In this document: one piece after another, positions 1-12,757 of the stretch
How positions within the stretch are numbered: the stretch's first letter is position 1
How the letters are laid out: every line of letters begins with the position of its first letter
Assembly: GCF_018350175.1 (NCBI RefSeq)
Contig: NC_058368.1
Span: forward strand, 179,616,001 to 179,680,000
Source of the DNA: Felis catus
Taxonomy: Eukaryota
Direction: 5' to 3'
DNA: 64,000 nt
Notes under the pieces: generated by a model
Seen by the model: the letters and a program-made list of their open reading frames with translations, nothing else
Database searches by the model: none
What the model was told of the DNA's origin: nothing
Position numbers and translations under genes: made by a program

Positions 1-1402
1 AAAGTTTAGTTCCCCAAGGCTGGGGGAAGGGTGGAAAGTCTAATTTTTTTTTTTAACCTACTCAAGGTCTTGTCCAAACGAGTTGTCACCAAAAAATGAA
101 AGCCAGATGTTATTTTAGTGAGAAATAAATATGTGGCCAAGCTGCAGATTGAACCTGAGGTCCCCCTGGATAGTTTCCACGTGTGTCGGTAGCTGGACTC
201 CCAGGTATCGGCAGCCCACATTCTTTCTCTTGTCTTTTAGCTGAGGCGCAGCTCGCACAGATGGCTAATGAGCAATTAACATCTCAGCCTCACATCCTGC
301 CATGGTGATACCCATCGGTTCATAAGTTAGATTCAAACCAGTGCCGTGAGTTGCCAGGGGCTGCTGAGTTCAGGGTGAGAGGCAGAGACCCATGTCTGGA
401 AAAGGGGGGAGAGGACAAATTCAGGCTGAAAGTGCCGCCTCTAGCTTCTCAATGAGGGATCTGCTTTTGTTGGGAGCCCTTAAATCCTCGCAGGGAACAT
501 ACTTCTGATAAACATCGAGGAATTACAGATGAAATCAGGGCCTCGGAGCAAAGAGCGGCCCTTTGGGGTTTAACATTACAGCGTGTTCTTCCTCAAGTCT
601 GATTCAGTGGTGAGCTTTTCAGCCAAAGGAAGTGTTTTTGGTAATTGGCCGAATCTCCGTAGGAAGACCGCTGAGCTTGCTACTGCTTCTATCAGAGCAG
701 TTTTCATCTCTTGGATTTTTCTCACACTTTTCAAGTTCTAGATGCAGTCGTTTGTGCCCTGGACTTTGAAATAGGTCATGCTGGTATTAGAACTTCCTTG
801 GAGGACAGAATCGAGACGAGAGAGGGGAAAAGTGAGAGAATGGAGCTCAAAGGGTCAGTAGGGCCCAGAGTAGTGCCAAACCCCTGGGGAAAAGGCCAGC
901 AGTATCAGACCCAGAGATTGTGGGTGAGGCATTTAGAGGGTTAGGCAGGCAGGCGATCCAAATTAGGAATGTGTGACCTCAGACTGGGTGCATGGCACAT
1001 AGGCATAGCAGGCCAGGGGGAGGCAAGGCTTCAGGCCCACCACAAAGACAGTGGGGGAGGAAGCCCAATGAAGGTCTGGATCACTGGCACTGAGCAAGGG
1101 TCTCTAGAGAAGGAGGGCTCTGCTGAAGGCAAGGCAGACCTCTAGCTTTGAGGAACCTCTCTGAGGTTTCTTCCTGTGTAAACTGAAGACAAAATCGTCC
1201 ATAGCTCATAGGGTTATTTTGAGGATGTAATAGATTCATCGTTGTCAAGTGTTTAAAAGGGTGACACTCAACAAATATTATTTCATGACAGAGTTTCAAA
1301 CATGAGGGAATAAGAAGAGGGACAGTTCCTAAAATACCAGTTTAATTCTAGGAAAGATATTTTTCAAACTAGGTCAGCTTGGCCTTTAAAACAGCATTCA
1401 TT

Positions 1403-1570
1403 GGGGCACCTGGGTGGCTCAGTGGGTTAAGTGTCTGACTCTTGGTTTTGGCTCAAGTCATGATCTCATGGTTCATGAGTCTGAGCCCATCATTGGGCTC
1501 CATGCTGACAGTGTGGAGCCTGCTTGGGATTCTGTCTGTCTGTCTCTCTCCCTGCCCCTCCCTTGCTCAT

Positions 1571-1619
<49 letters not shown>

Positions 1620-1655
1620 ATAATAAATAAAATTTAAATTAAAAAATTAATAAAA
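1403..1655 (+). mobile_element. CAN-SINE (older subfamily)
   Basis: ggggcacctgggtggctcagt tRNA-derived head, (TC)22 at 1573-1616, A-rich tail. Confidence 0.92.
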
Positions 1656-1780
1656 TGTATCATTCATTTACTCATATATCCTTCATTCAATCTTTCCTTC
1701 TTTATTTAAGAAATCTTTATGGAGCCCCTTGGGTGTATAAGGAATTCTTCTAGTCCTAGGGATACAGTGTCAGTCTAGAA

Positions 1781-2003
1781 CAGAGTTTGGCAAAGTATAG
1801 CCTTCAGGCCAAATCCAGCCCACTGCCTGTTTTTGTAAATAAAGTTTTACTGGAACACAGCCATGCCCATTCATGGATGTGTTGTTGATGGCTGCTTTTA
1901 TGCTACACTGGCAGAATTGAGTGGCTGTGACAGGTAGTGTAAAGCCTGGGAAGCCTAAGGTAATTGCTACCTGGCTCTTTACAGAAAACATTTCCAGACC
2001 TTG
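1781..2003 (+). mobile_element. MER58A-like hAT-Charlie MITE
   Basis: Diagnostic ggccaaatccagcccactgcctgtttttgtaaataaagttttactggaacacagccatgcccattc, with decayed terminal inverted repeats. Confidence 0.85.
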
Positions 2004-2466
2004 GTGTCGAGAGATCTTTTAGTACAGCACTCACTCTCCAATGAAAGAAGCCAGTCAATGGGAAGTTTCAGTATAGTGAAATAATTTCAGAGGACTGTAG
2101 GAGTAGAGGAGGGTCAGATAGGCTTCCTAGAAGAGATACCTTCTCAGTTGAGATCCGGAGGCTGAATCGGAATTACTGAAGTAGAGGAGAAAGGAAAAGA
2201 ATTCCAGATAGAGGGAATCTATCTGCAGAAGCCCAGAGATGAGGGAGAGCAGGGTATGTTCAGGAGCTAAATGAAATTCATCACAGCTGGAGTGAGAAGG
2301 GACAGATGACACCAAGCTTCCCAGGTAGGATGAAGATATTTTAATATTTTTGGAGAGCAGTGAGGAGCTATTGAGGAATGTTCAGCACGGGAACAACATA
2401 ATCAGTCTCATAAGGAGATAAATTCACCTGGAATATGTAGAATCACTTTAAGAGTTGGGTGGGAGG

Positions 2467-2679
2467 GGGGCGCCTGGGTGGCTCAGTCGGTTGAGTGTCC
2501 GACTTCAGCTCAGATCATGATCTCACAGTTTATGAGTTCGAGCCCTGCATTGGGCTCTGTGCTGACAGTTCGGAGCCTGGAGCCTGCTTGGATTCTGTGT
2601 CTACCTCTCTGTCTGCCCCTCCCCCATTCACATTCTGTTTCTCTCTCAAAAATAAACACTTAAAAAAATGTGAAAAAAG
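2467..2679 (+). mobile_element. CAN-SINE (felid type)
   Basis: SINE head, body and tail; 16-bp TSD agagttgggtgggagg at 2451-2466 and 2680-2695. Confidence 0.95.
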
Positions 2680-3069
2680 AGAGTTGGGTGGGAGGGTGAG
2701 GAACAAGAATAGAGGCAAGAAGGCTGGCAGGGGGAGCCCCTGGTAGCCTGAAGTATGAAAGAGGCAGTGGAAGTACGAGAAAAGCATGGTTTGAAGACAT
2801 GCTTAAGAGGCAAAGCTCACAGCACATAATGATTTGTGGCACATGGGGAGTGTCAAGTGAAAAGGAGTGAAGTACGAGAAAGGATCACTCCCTCAGATGG
2901 GGATCATGTGGGCAAGAGCAAGTTTGGGGTCGAGGGAGATGACAATATACACATTGGACATGCCTATGGGATGCCCATGAGAAGTCAAATTGGATTCTTT
3001 TCAGAGCAGGCCATGTCATTTATTGTACTGCTTGAGACTGGAGATGAAGATGTTAGCTCTTTGTGTATC

Positions 3070-3435
3070 TGAAGGAAGTGTTTTCTAGGAAGAGGACAGC
3101 GAGGGGATGTCCCGAGGATGGGAAGACCCTAATGTGTCCCAGGAGAGGCAGGGAGGTTATGTACCTAGAGCAGCATGAGAATGTGGGAGAGTGGAAGGAA
3201 CTGAAGTTTGAGAGGTAAAGGGGGAGGGAGATAGATCATGTGGACACATGTGACCCATTGCAAGACCATCGACTTTCACTGAGTTAGATGGGAGCCACTA
3301 GAGGATTCTGAACAAAGGAATGACTTGATTAATGTGTATTTTGAAAGGATCTTTCTAGCTGCTAGAGGTGAATAGGATGTAGGTGGGCAATGGTAGAAGC
3401 AGGGGGACCAGTCAGGAGACTACTACAAATCTGAA
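3070..3435 (-). mobile_element. L2 LINE fragment
   Basis: gagttagatgggagccactagaggattctgaacaaaggaatgac...gaaaggatctttctagctgct resembles reverse-complemented L2a. Confidence 0.7.
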
Positions 3436-3462
3436 GGCAACTCCTCCTCCTCCCTCCTCCTC

Positions 3463-3948
3463 CATATTAGTCAATTGCCCTTTTTATCCAAACAACCTCA
3501 GAATTTCAGTGTCTTATAAAAATAAATGTCTATTTTCCTTGCTTATGGGTCATAAGTTGGCTGAGTTTAGCTGATATCAGCTGACTTCAGCTAGGCTCAG
3601 CAGGGCTTGGGTTCAGGCTGTAGACTAGGTTTAGTATCCTTCATGTGATTTCTTATTCTCCTCTGGCTCATGACTACCAGAGGCCTACTTTTCTCAAGGC
3701 ACGTGGAAGAAGAGATGAGATCCAGCCAAGTCACAGAAGCACATTTAAAGCCTCTGCTCACATCACACCCGCCAACCTTCTATTCGCCAAATCAAGGTAC
3801 ATGTCCAAGTCTGGCACCAGCAGTGCAAGGAGATATACACTGCCCCCTTTCATGGGAAACACTGCAAGGACACATGGTCCAAGTCTTAGGTATATGATTC
3901 TATAGCAGAGAAGGAGGGAAGAATTAGAACAGTAAACCCATCTACCAT
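3463..3948 (-). mobile_element. MaLR (MLT1-family) solo LTR
   Basis: acatttaaagcctctgctcacatcaca...gccaaatcaaggtacatgtccaag and the terminal catctacca are typical of old MLT1 LTRs read in reverse. Confidence 0.65.
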
Positions 3949-4340
3949 GTTCTCTCTGTATTCCAATTATCCTCATCTTGTGTCATCACGTTTTGCCTTG
4001 TCATCTCCCTGTTTGTCAGCCAGTTTTCACTCTGGTCATGTTTGACTTACACAATGATCACTTTCATTTTCTCCCCCATCAGCTCTTGCTTCTCCCTGAT
4101 AAAACATCCTGCATGCCCTGCCTGAGTCTTCTTCCTACAGTGTTCCTTTCTTCACGTCAAGCCTGGTCAAGAAACTTGAGTGACCATTTAGCAACACAAA
4201 TTTCCCCCAATGCGAGTCATTTCTGTACGCCCTTCATGGTTTTGGTCAACCTGTGTAACACCTGAACTGTTATTAGTTAATATTTTCTTTCACTTGACTT
4301 TAAGTCAACTTACTTTTTTCCCCCTTTGCTTCATCTTTTT

Positions 4341-4547
4341 ATTTTCAACGTTTATTTATTTTGGGGACAGAGAGAAACAGAGCATGAATGGGGGAGAGGC
4401 AGAGGGAGAGGGAGACACAGAATCGGAAACAGGCTCCAGGCTCTGAGCCATCAGCCCAGAGCCTGACGCGGGGCTTGAACTCCCGACCGCGAGATCGTGA
4501 CCTGGCTGAAGTCGGACGCTTAACCGACTGCGCCACCCAGGCGCCCC
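4341..4547 (-). mobile_element. Young felid CAN-SINE (SINEC_Fc-like)
   Basis: CpG-rich, near-consensus copy; TSD tttgcttcatcttttt on both sides. Confidence 0.95.
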
Positions 4548-4563
4548 TTTGCTTCATCTTTTT

Positions 4564-4777
4564 AAAACAAATTTTTAATTTTTATTTATTTTTAAGAGAA
4601 ATACAGACAGAGCATGAGCGAGGGTGGGGAACAGAGAGGGAGAAACAGAACTTGAAGCAGGCTCCAGGCTCTGAGCTGTCAGCACAGGGCCTGACATGGG
4701 GCTCGAACTCAGAAACCACAAGATCATGACCAGAGCTAAAGATGGACACTTAACGGACTGAGCCACCCAGGCACCCC
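4564..4777 (-). mobile_element. Older felid CAN-SINE
   Basis: Ends gagccacccaggcacccc, followed by ccttagcttcatctt (decayed TSD). Confidence 0.92.
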
Positions 4778-5654
4778 TTCCTTAGCTTCATCTTAAGTAA
4801 TAACTACCATAAGAGAGTTGCACATTATTCTAAAAACATAAAAATCTGTGCTGATTAAAATAAACATACTCATTTGCTGTCTGAAATCACTTAGAAGTCT
4901 GATGACTGCATCTTGGGGACCCACAGGCCTCCCACCAGCCCTAAGGTCTCATCCCCATCCATCTACTCTTCTGTCTCATCCCTATGTATTTCTACTGCTG
5001 GGACCATGATGGTTGCCTGTCTCTGCACCTGTTGTGGAAAAGCATTTGCCCCTAGCTTTGCTCATACTGCCCTCTGAGCTTGGAAGACCCTCCCTCCCCC
5101 TTTCTCTCTATCTGTCCTTGAAGACTTGCCCCATCCACAAGTCCCTAGTCCCTGGTTGGCTCTCTCTCCCCACTTCCCTTCCAGTCTGTGCCCATCACCC
5201 AGGGTTCCAGCTCAAGCTTCTCTCATTGCTTCATGTGTGTTTGTCTTACCAGCTCAGCTCACAAGTGCGCCTTGCCTCACATGACTGTATCTGCCAAGTC
5301 TTAGTCCACCCACCCACAGGAGATCCTCATCCTTCACTCTTGCACGTTGAAACAGATGCTGGTTCTATAGTGTCCTATCACAGGTCTTTTGACCAGGTAC
5401 TCTCTCTGGCCTTTTTCTGTTTTTCATTCCTTTCCTCCTCCTCTTTCCAGATGCTAATCAAATATTGCCTCCTCCAAGAAGCTGTAAAGACTTCTCCCAC
5501 AGCTTCCTAGATTTCCTTCTCCATCAGCATACAGCACATTTGCCTGTGGTCATCGGTGAACTTATCTTCCTTCCCTACTAGACTGACTGTAAGCTCTTTA
5601 AGGGGAGGATCTCGCTGGATTTTGTGTGCCAGAGCATGACATAGAATAGGCACT

Positions 5655-6130
5655 AAGAAGATGTGATGATATAGGTATAGATATAGATATATAGAAATAC
5701 AGTTACAGTTACATTTACATATACATATAGACACAATAGAATATTATTCAGCCATAAAAGGAATGAAATCTTGCCATTTGCAAGATTTGGATGAATCTAA
5801 AGGAAACAATGCTAAGTGAAATAAATCAGAGAAAGACAAATTCTATATGATTCCACTCATGTGGGATTTAAGGAACCAAACAAAGGGGAAAAAAAGAGAC
5901 AAAAAAACCCCAGCCTCTTAAATATAGAGAATAAACTGGCTGTTGCCAGAGGGGAGGTGGGGGAATGAGTGAAATAGGTAAAGGGGGATTGAGTACAATT
6001 ATTTTTGGAACACTGAAAAATGAATAGAGTTGTTGAATCACTATATTGTACACCTGTAGCTAACACTGTGTGTTAATTATACTTGAGTTGAAAAAAGGGA
6101 AGCATCCAAAAAATGAGTAAAAATAAAAAG
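5655..6130 (+). mobile_element. 5'-truncated L1 3' end (carnivore type) inserted in an L2 tail
   Basis: gaatattattcagccataaaaggaatgaaatcttgccatttgc...tcactatattgtacacctg; A-rich tail; TSD gaataggcact at 5644-5654 and 6131-6141. Confidence 0.88.
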
Positions 6131-6577
6131 GAATAGGCACTGAGTAAACATTAAATTTCTCAATTTATGAATTAAGTCACTTGAACTCGGCTGTTTCAGC
6201 AGGACTCTATGTTCATTAAGGCAGAGATCTTGCCTTCTCTCTTTTTTCCTTCCCTATATTGCTTGTCCCAGGTAGGCCCATGGTAGGTGCTTGTTTAATT
6301 TGCAATAAGGGGAGTTTCATAGGAAATGCAGGAAGTGGCTAAGATGGGCAATGAAAATTGATGCCAATTAAGATAGTTCAGCAATTCTAAGCACCTGCAG
6401 GCCTAACCCGATTTTGAACATCAAATGTATTATGCTTTTGATTATCGAAGGCAAGAGGGATATGTTTGGAGCCCTTTGCCTTTGTCCATGATTGAAAAGA
6501 TGTAATTCGTGTTAGGTAACTAGTCCTGTCCTTTCTACATCTGGAGATGGTGTCGAATTCTTTTTCAGGGTAGAACT

Positions 6578-6578
<1 letters not shown>

Positions 6579-6623
<45 letters not shown>

Positions 6624-6666
6624 CGGGCGCGCACGCATACACATGCGTGTGTGTGTGTGTGTATGT
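6579..6666. repeat. Compound (GT)18-(GC)n-(GT)n microsatellite
   Basis: Read directly from the sequence. Confidence 0.97.
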
Positions 6667-8924
6667 AAAACAGAGAAAAAGATAGCAATCCAGATGCCAA
6701 CACACCTGGAATCTATTTGTGAGGATCACTGATTCAGTCCACAGCTTGGGCCATTCATTTATTTCTTGCTAAGTGAACATCTGGGATTCAGTTTGAGACG
6801 CCAACAAGTTTGGAAGGGATCTCAAAGCTGTGGTTGGGATGGGGAACTGCTCGCCTGAGGTGGGAGTGAGAGAGGTGAGCAGGGGCTCTTAAACTATTCT
6901 GCAGACTTTGGTTCAAATGCAACAGCCAGAGGGTTGAGAAACCGTTCCCATGCTGGAAAAGCATTCACAGAAAGAAAAAACCAAAGAAGATTCAATCAGA
7001 TTAAAGCAATAATGCAATCTGAAAAATCCCCCTTTCCACTTTCCCCATTCCCTTTCCACCTCACAGTTATAAATGTGTCCAGGTATCTTCCTTTTCTAGG
7101 AAAAAAGAAAAAAAAAAGAAGAAAAAAACCTTGGACCTGGACCAGGAAGGAAATACTATGAGAAAGTAAAATTCTAATTAGTTATAGATGAGAATTGGTC
7201 ACAGATAATTACTCTGCATTCCTTGGCTCATGCCTGAGAAAGCCTCAGAGATCTTTTTTGTTGCTTGATGTGTAGACATATATCTAGATACCTAGATAAA
7301 CACCCAGGGAAGCGCACCATCATTAACAAATCTTGCAGAGTGAGAGTGTTTATAACAGAAACGAAAGGGAAATTTGTCATTCACAAGCTAGGAATGTTTG
7401 AATGATTTTGCTGTCAGGACTCTTTTTTCCTTTCTCTCTCTCTTTTTTTACTTTGAGCTTTCTTAAACCAAAAGCAAAGGCCAATGGGTTCAAACAGGAC
7501 CATTTTAAACAGTACACTTCCAGAGGATTTGTGCTGAGTCGTAGGCGCCCCCGTGACATCCACCAGCTAGAGTGTTTCTCCTTCGATTTGCATCTGTCAT
7601 TTTCCTACCTGTGGGTCAAAGGGGTTGGAGACCCAGATGACGGGCTGAGAATAAGCCAGAGAGAACATGTGAAGTCTGTGATGGGCTGTGCTCATGCCAT
7701 CCTATTTAGAACCAGCTTTGCTGCATTGTTTGGGGATTTTAAGTGGGGAGGGGGGTACTCCCATAGCTGCCTAAAGTATTTTTCTCTTAAATCCTAGTAG
7801 AAATAACTTAACATTAACTATAGGCTGCTTGAGGCATGCTTAATGTCTTGATGGAGTGTGCTTTTACAGAGTAATACTGACTTCTGGGGAATTCTCAATC
7901 CTTCTCCTCTGCCCCCCAACATGGCTCTCCTATATTCATTCCCTGACAGATAAGAGAGAGTTAGCCTTTGGGGGCCTTCTACCTTTTCTCTTTAGCACCC
8001 CTCATTCTGCTGATATAGAGGCCCCACTCTAATGCCCCATGTGGTATAAGGGACCTTCACCCTCCCTCTGGCTTTCCTCAATTCTGAAACTGTCCTTGCT
8101 TCCCCCTCAGCCCACTGTATAAATCAGATGGCATGTGCCCAGTGCTCCATACTCTTAGGACCCTCCTTCTGGGACTGTGACCCAGGGTTTTAGTCTATGC
8201 TATTATGATTGCAACTCTCCAGTAATCTGGTTGCAGTACTCCAGCAGGTCCCTAACAAGATACTCTGGTTTTAATAACCAGAGTGAAATGGCCAGCACAG
8301 GGGTGCTTGAGCATCATTGCATAAAAACGTACAGCACGGCAGACTTCTTACAAAGTTTACTATCTCTGTCTCATTTGTTCCCCAGTAATTTTGTGGAATA
8401 GGTGAAGTGGGTATTCACTCACTCACCCATTCATTCATTTAACCAACCAACGAACCAATCAACCAAGTAGCCAAACAGCAAATATTTATTGAGCACTATT
8501 GCTTGCTAGACTAAGTTCTGAGTTGCAATGAACAAAATTGACCAAAAAAATCCCTCTTTTCTCATGGCACCTCTTATTTTTGTGGATAATCTAATAGGTA
8601 TCATTATTCCCATTTTTCATGTGAAGAAGCCAAGAGAAAGAGAAATTAAACCCAGAGGATTCTAGAGGTGGATGTAGAATCCAGGTATCCTACCCATCTT
8701 TCAGAAGAAGGAGAGTTATATAGGGATCTTAGGAATCATCTCAGTAACCCACTGATTCTGTTGATGTAGAAAACCAGGGTACTGTGGTTTACACAGACCT
8801 GCAGCTCTTGGGGATAGAGCTAGGACCATCACCCAGCTTCCCAAAGCCCATACCCTGTCCATGAGTTCTTGGCCCTTATAGGCTCTGTCATCTTGTTACT
8901 GTCCCTCACCCACCTAATGACCTC

Positions 8925-9283
8925 AGTCTTGTTCCATTTGGACTGCTACAACAAAAGACCACAGACTGGGTAGCATAAAGCAACAGACATATTTCTCACA
9001 GTCTGGAGGCTGCAAGTCCAAGATCAGGATGCCAGCATGGTTATGTACTGGGGAGGGCCCTCTGCTGGGCTGACTTCTTGCTGTGTCCTCACCTGATGGA
9101 GAGGGCAGTAGGTCTCTCTGGAACCTGTTTTACAAAGGTATTAATCCCATTCATTAAGGCTTTGCTCTCAGGTCCTCATCAGCCTCCCAAGGCCCCATAA
9201 CCTAAATCATCCCATTGGGGGGTAGGATCCTAGAATATGAATGTGTTGTGGGTGGGGGAGACACAAACATTCGAACTGTAACA
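8925..9283 (-). mobile_element. MLT1A-like MaLR solo LTR
   Basis: ctgctacaacaaaagaccacagactgggtagc...ggagacacaaacattcgaactgtaaca; 5-bp TSD acctc at 8920-8924 and 9284-9288. Confidence 0.88.
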
Positions 9284-9529
9284 ACCTCTCTCCCCTTACT
9301 CCTTCAACTCCCTTGTCCATCTTTTCCAACATTGTAGTTCCTGGAAAAACCCCAGCTTAGGCTGAATTCAATTTCAGTTGTTTGCATGCCCTCACCCAGG
9401 CAGCTTGGATGTGTCTGGAGAACAGACACATGCTTATGTAGGCAGATGTCACAACTCAGGATCACTAACCTCACTGGCTGCTGTCCCACCAGCCTCAGCC
9501 TTTCCTGATCAATTCACTCTCTTGCTCTT

Positions 9530-10890
9530 TCCTGAACAATGGTTTCTTATCTCCTCTCCTCAGTCACTCAACACCTCCTTCCCCTCCTCAGTCTCTGCTG
9601 ATGATCCAGCTTCCTTTTTCAGTGAGAAAACAGGAGTAGTCAGAGGAGACCTTCCATAGACTCCCATAACTGTACCTGCCATACCTCTGTCCCCTAACCT
9701 CTGCCTCCCCTGCAGTTGCCACAGGTGACCTATCTTCCGCCCTGTCAAGGGCCATTGCCATCACTTGTGCATTGGAATTTTCCCTGTCACCTATTCAGGA
9801 GCCTTGGTCTAAAAATTTCCCCCTCAATCCCCTGCTTACTTTACCCTGTTTTCCAGATCATTCTCATCAGCATATAAAAATGTTGCAATTCTCCCCCATC
9901 TTAAAAACTAAAAACAAAAAGCCTTTCTTGACCCCATGTTCCCCACCAGCTACCAGCCCGTTTCTCTCCCCCTTTATAGCAAGCCCCCTCAAAATCAGTG
10001 TTTCCCCTTGATTTTCTCCTCCCGCTTTTTCTTGAGCCACTCCAGATAATAGTTCATTCCTACCTCTACACAAAGCTGCTTTTTCCACATCACCATTGAG
10101 CTGCATGTTGCTAGAGCCAATGTCATCCTCATCTTTCTATACCTCTCAGCAGCAATCCCACCCCGCCTTGGAACTCTCTCCCCTCAGTTGGCTTCCACTA
10201 TTCCACCCTCTCTTGATTCTTCTTCTACCACACTGGTGGCTATTTCCTGCTCCCTCTGCTCTCCAGTGGATGGCACAGCCCATGACTGTCCTTACTCCTC
10301 TTCCCCTTTCTTCATCTCCCATGGTGGGGCTGTGGTTAGTGCATTTATTTATTTATTTTTGAATATTTATTTTGGGAGAGAACGTGAGCATGGGAGGGGC
10401 AGAGAGAGGGAGAGAGAGAATCTCAAGCAGGCTCTGCACTGTGAGCACAGAGCCCAAAGTGGGGCTTGATCTCGCAAACCATGAGATCATGACCTGGGCT
10501 GTAACCAAGAGTCAGACACTTAGCCATCTGAGCCACCCAGGTGCCTCAGTGGTTCATGCATTTAAGTATCATCTACATCTCTATCATGGTCTTATTCCTG
10601 AAGCCCAGGTTTGCGTATCCAACTGCTTACCAGGTATCTACACTTGGGTATTTATAGGCATATCAAATTTAATATATCTGAATCTGGTCCCCAGACTTCC
10701 TCTGTCCACCCTCCTCTCCCTTCTCTAGTAGCAATAGTTCCACAGTTTTCTATGCACAGGCCAAGCCTCAGTGTCAACTTTCATTGCCCTGTCTCTCCAG
10801 CTTCACTGCAATGCATTGACAAATCCTGTCTGCTCCACCTTCAAAACATTTCTATTAACATCTCCACGGCTGCCATCCTGGTCACAGGGT
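9530..10890 (+). mobile_element. L2 LINE fragment, interrupted by a SINE
   Basis: Long CT-rich L2-like tract, e.g. gtatccaactgcttaccaggtatctacacttgg and aaatcctgtctgctccaccttcaaaacat. Confidence 0.7.
10344..10547 (-). mobile_element. CAN-SINE (older subfamily)
   Basis: Reverse SINE ending ccacccaggtgcctc; imperfect TSD gtggtt(ag/ca)tgcattta. Confidence 0.92.
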
Positions 10891-12119
10891 AAAAAGAATT
10901 CCCAGGGAAGGGAAGAATGTGTGCAAAAACCCTGAGGCAAGAGAGGATGCAAGGCTGGAGTATCTCAGAGGGATGAGTCATGATTCTTGAGTCTGGGGAG
11001 CTGCCTGACCTTTCAGAATGAGGACATCACTGTGCAGATCCACGCTTTGGCCACCGTCAAGTAGTCTGGCTGGCTGAAATGGATCTGGTCAGCTCTGAGG
11101 GATATACATGGCCCTGTGGCATGCTCAGCATGTCTGCAGTGTATGTTGGATGCACATGTGTATGTGTGTGCATTGACATGCATGCACAAATGTGTGTTTT
11201 CTCCCACCCTAGACATGTTTTCCTGGAGTCTGAGCCTTGGTATACTAATGTGGTTCCATGTACAATCCACTGGGAAATTCCCAGAGACCCCTGCTGTGAA
11301 TTTAGTCCTAGATAAAGCAGCATGTTGGTCACAGTCTCTGGGGTTCCCTGAATTGTTCTAGGCACGGTGACTTAGGTGTCATGGGTTAGCCACCCCAGAA
11401 CAAGAGGGCTCTCAGTGCCTTTTGGCTTATTCTCTGTAGAGTCAGTGGTATTCTGCTATAGCTGCACACACAGGACTCTTGCCCTTCTTTCTCTCCACCC
11501 TCTCTCCCCTCCTGAAATCAAAGTTTTCTGGAGGGAGGGGTATTTGGGCATAGGGGTCAGAGACAAGGCAGGCTCAGGCCACTGATGTGCTCTGCTTTCT
11601 TTCTGACAACCATGTAATTGGAGGAAAATTGGTCCAATGTGAGGTGCGGGGAAGTTCAAAACGGGTTGTTTGGGAGTCTTTGTGCTTGTTTTCTTTTCCT
11701 GCTAGCATCCTGAGTTGGATCCCAGCAAGGTGAGATGTTGGGCAAGCCCCAGAGCTCCCTAGAACAGTACATAAACCTCAGTACAAAGTCACCTACAAGG
11801 GCAGGCAGGGAAGTTCTGAATGGACAGATCCTTTACATCTGAAAGGGGAACGAGAATAAATGTTCTTTAGAAATGGCTCTGGATTTCCCTCCTGCCCTTG
11901 GGGACAGTGATTCTGGGACCCTCAGAGCCTTCTGAAACCAGAGGGGAATGATCATTATATAAGCCTTGGGCAGTAAGACCAAGAGAGCACAGGCTCAGCT
12001 TCCTAGTCTGCTTTGACTCAGTTTGTCTGGCTATAAAACGGACAGATGCTCTCTGTTGCTGACCTCCGTCTTGGGATTGTTATGAGGCCTGCTGGTCAAC
12101 CAGCACAAAAGTGTTATTC

Positions 12120-12365
12120 GGAAGCAGAATGGTGAATGGATTCAAAGACAGCCTTTGGTATCAGAGAGACCTCTTTCTAAACCTTACTTATCAGCTGTGT
12201 GACTTTGGACAAATTACATAATCTCTCTGTTGCCTCAGCTTCCTTATGTAAAATAATGACAGTAACAATGTTTACTTCAAGAGTCACTCTAAGAGTGAAG
12301 TGAGATAGTACATATAAAACATCTCACACTGTCCTTAGTACAGCATAAGTGCCCTGTATTAATAG
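12120..12365 (+). mobile_element. MIR SINE
   Basis: MIR core agctgtgtgactttggacaaattacataatctctctgttgcctcagcttcctt. Confidence 0.8.
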
Positions 12366-12424
12366 AAAAAAAGGAAGGAACAGCAAAAACAAAGAGATCA
12401 TCATTGTTGCTTTAATGTAAAGAC

Positions 12425-12757
12425 AGCTGGCTATTACCATAGTTCTTACCAAATATCCAAGATCCCTGTAGATTTCCCACCTTCCTTTACAGTTCTGTTC
12501 GTGCCGTGCCGTTAGGTCTGGCCAGTAGACTGAGTGCAGAAGTGATAGGAGTCCCACTAGGTGGAGAAAGCTAGGAGCTGCTGGCTCCTTGTTTCCTCTC
12601 TTCCCTAGCGCTGTGGCCTTGGAGGCCACGTGTTCCCTCTGTCATCTGGCAAGTTGGAGCAAGTCCTTTATGAGAGTGTAGAGTCTGTGTTTAGTGTGTT
12701 AACCCAGTGGGATTTAGGAACTCATTTGCTATGCTAATAGCCTTGCTGACCAACACA
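12425..12757 (+). mobile_element. MLT1J-like MaLR LTR
   Basis: ttaggtctggccagtagactgagtgcagaagtga...ccttggaggccacgtgtt...gctgaccaacaca. Confidence 0.6.

Noticed and set aside
5013..5510. 165-aa ORF
   Set aside because: Low-complexity L/P/S-rich translation of CT-rich, probably L2-derived sequence, with a non-ATG start.
12554..12566. CTCF-like ccactaggtggag
   Set aside because: Partial motif inside an old LTR; cannot be supported from sequence alone.
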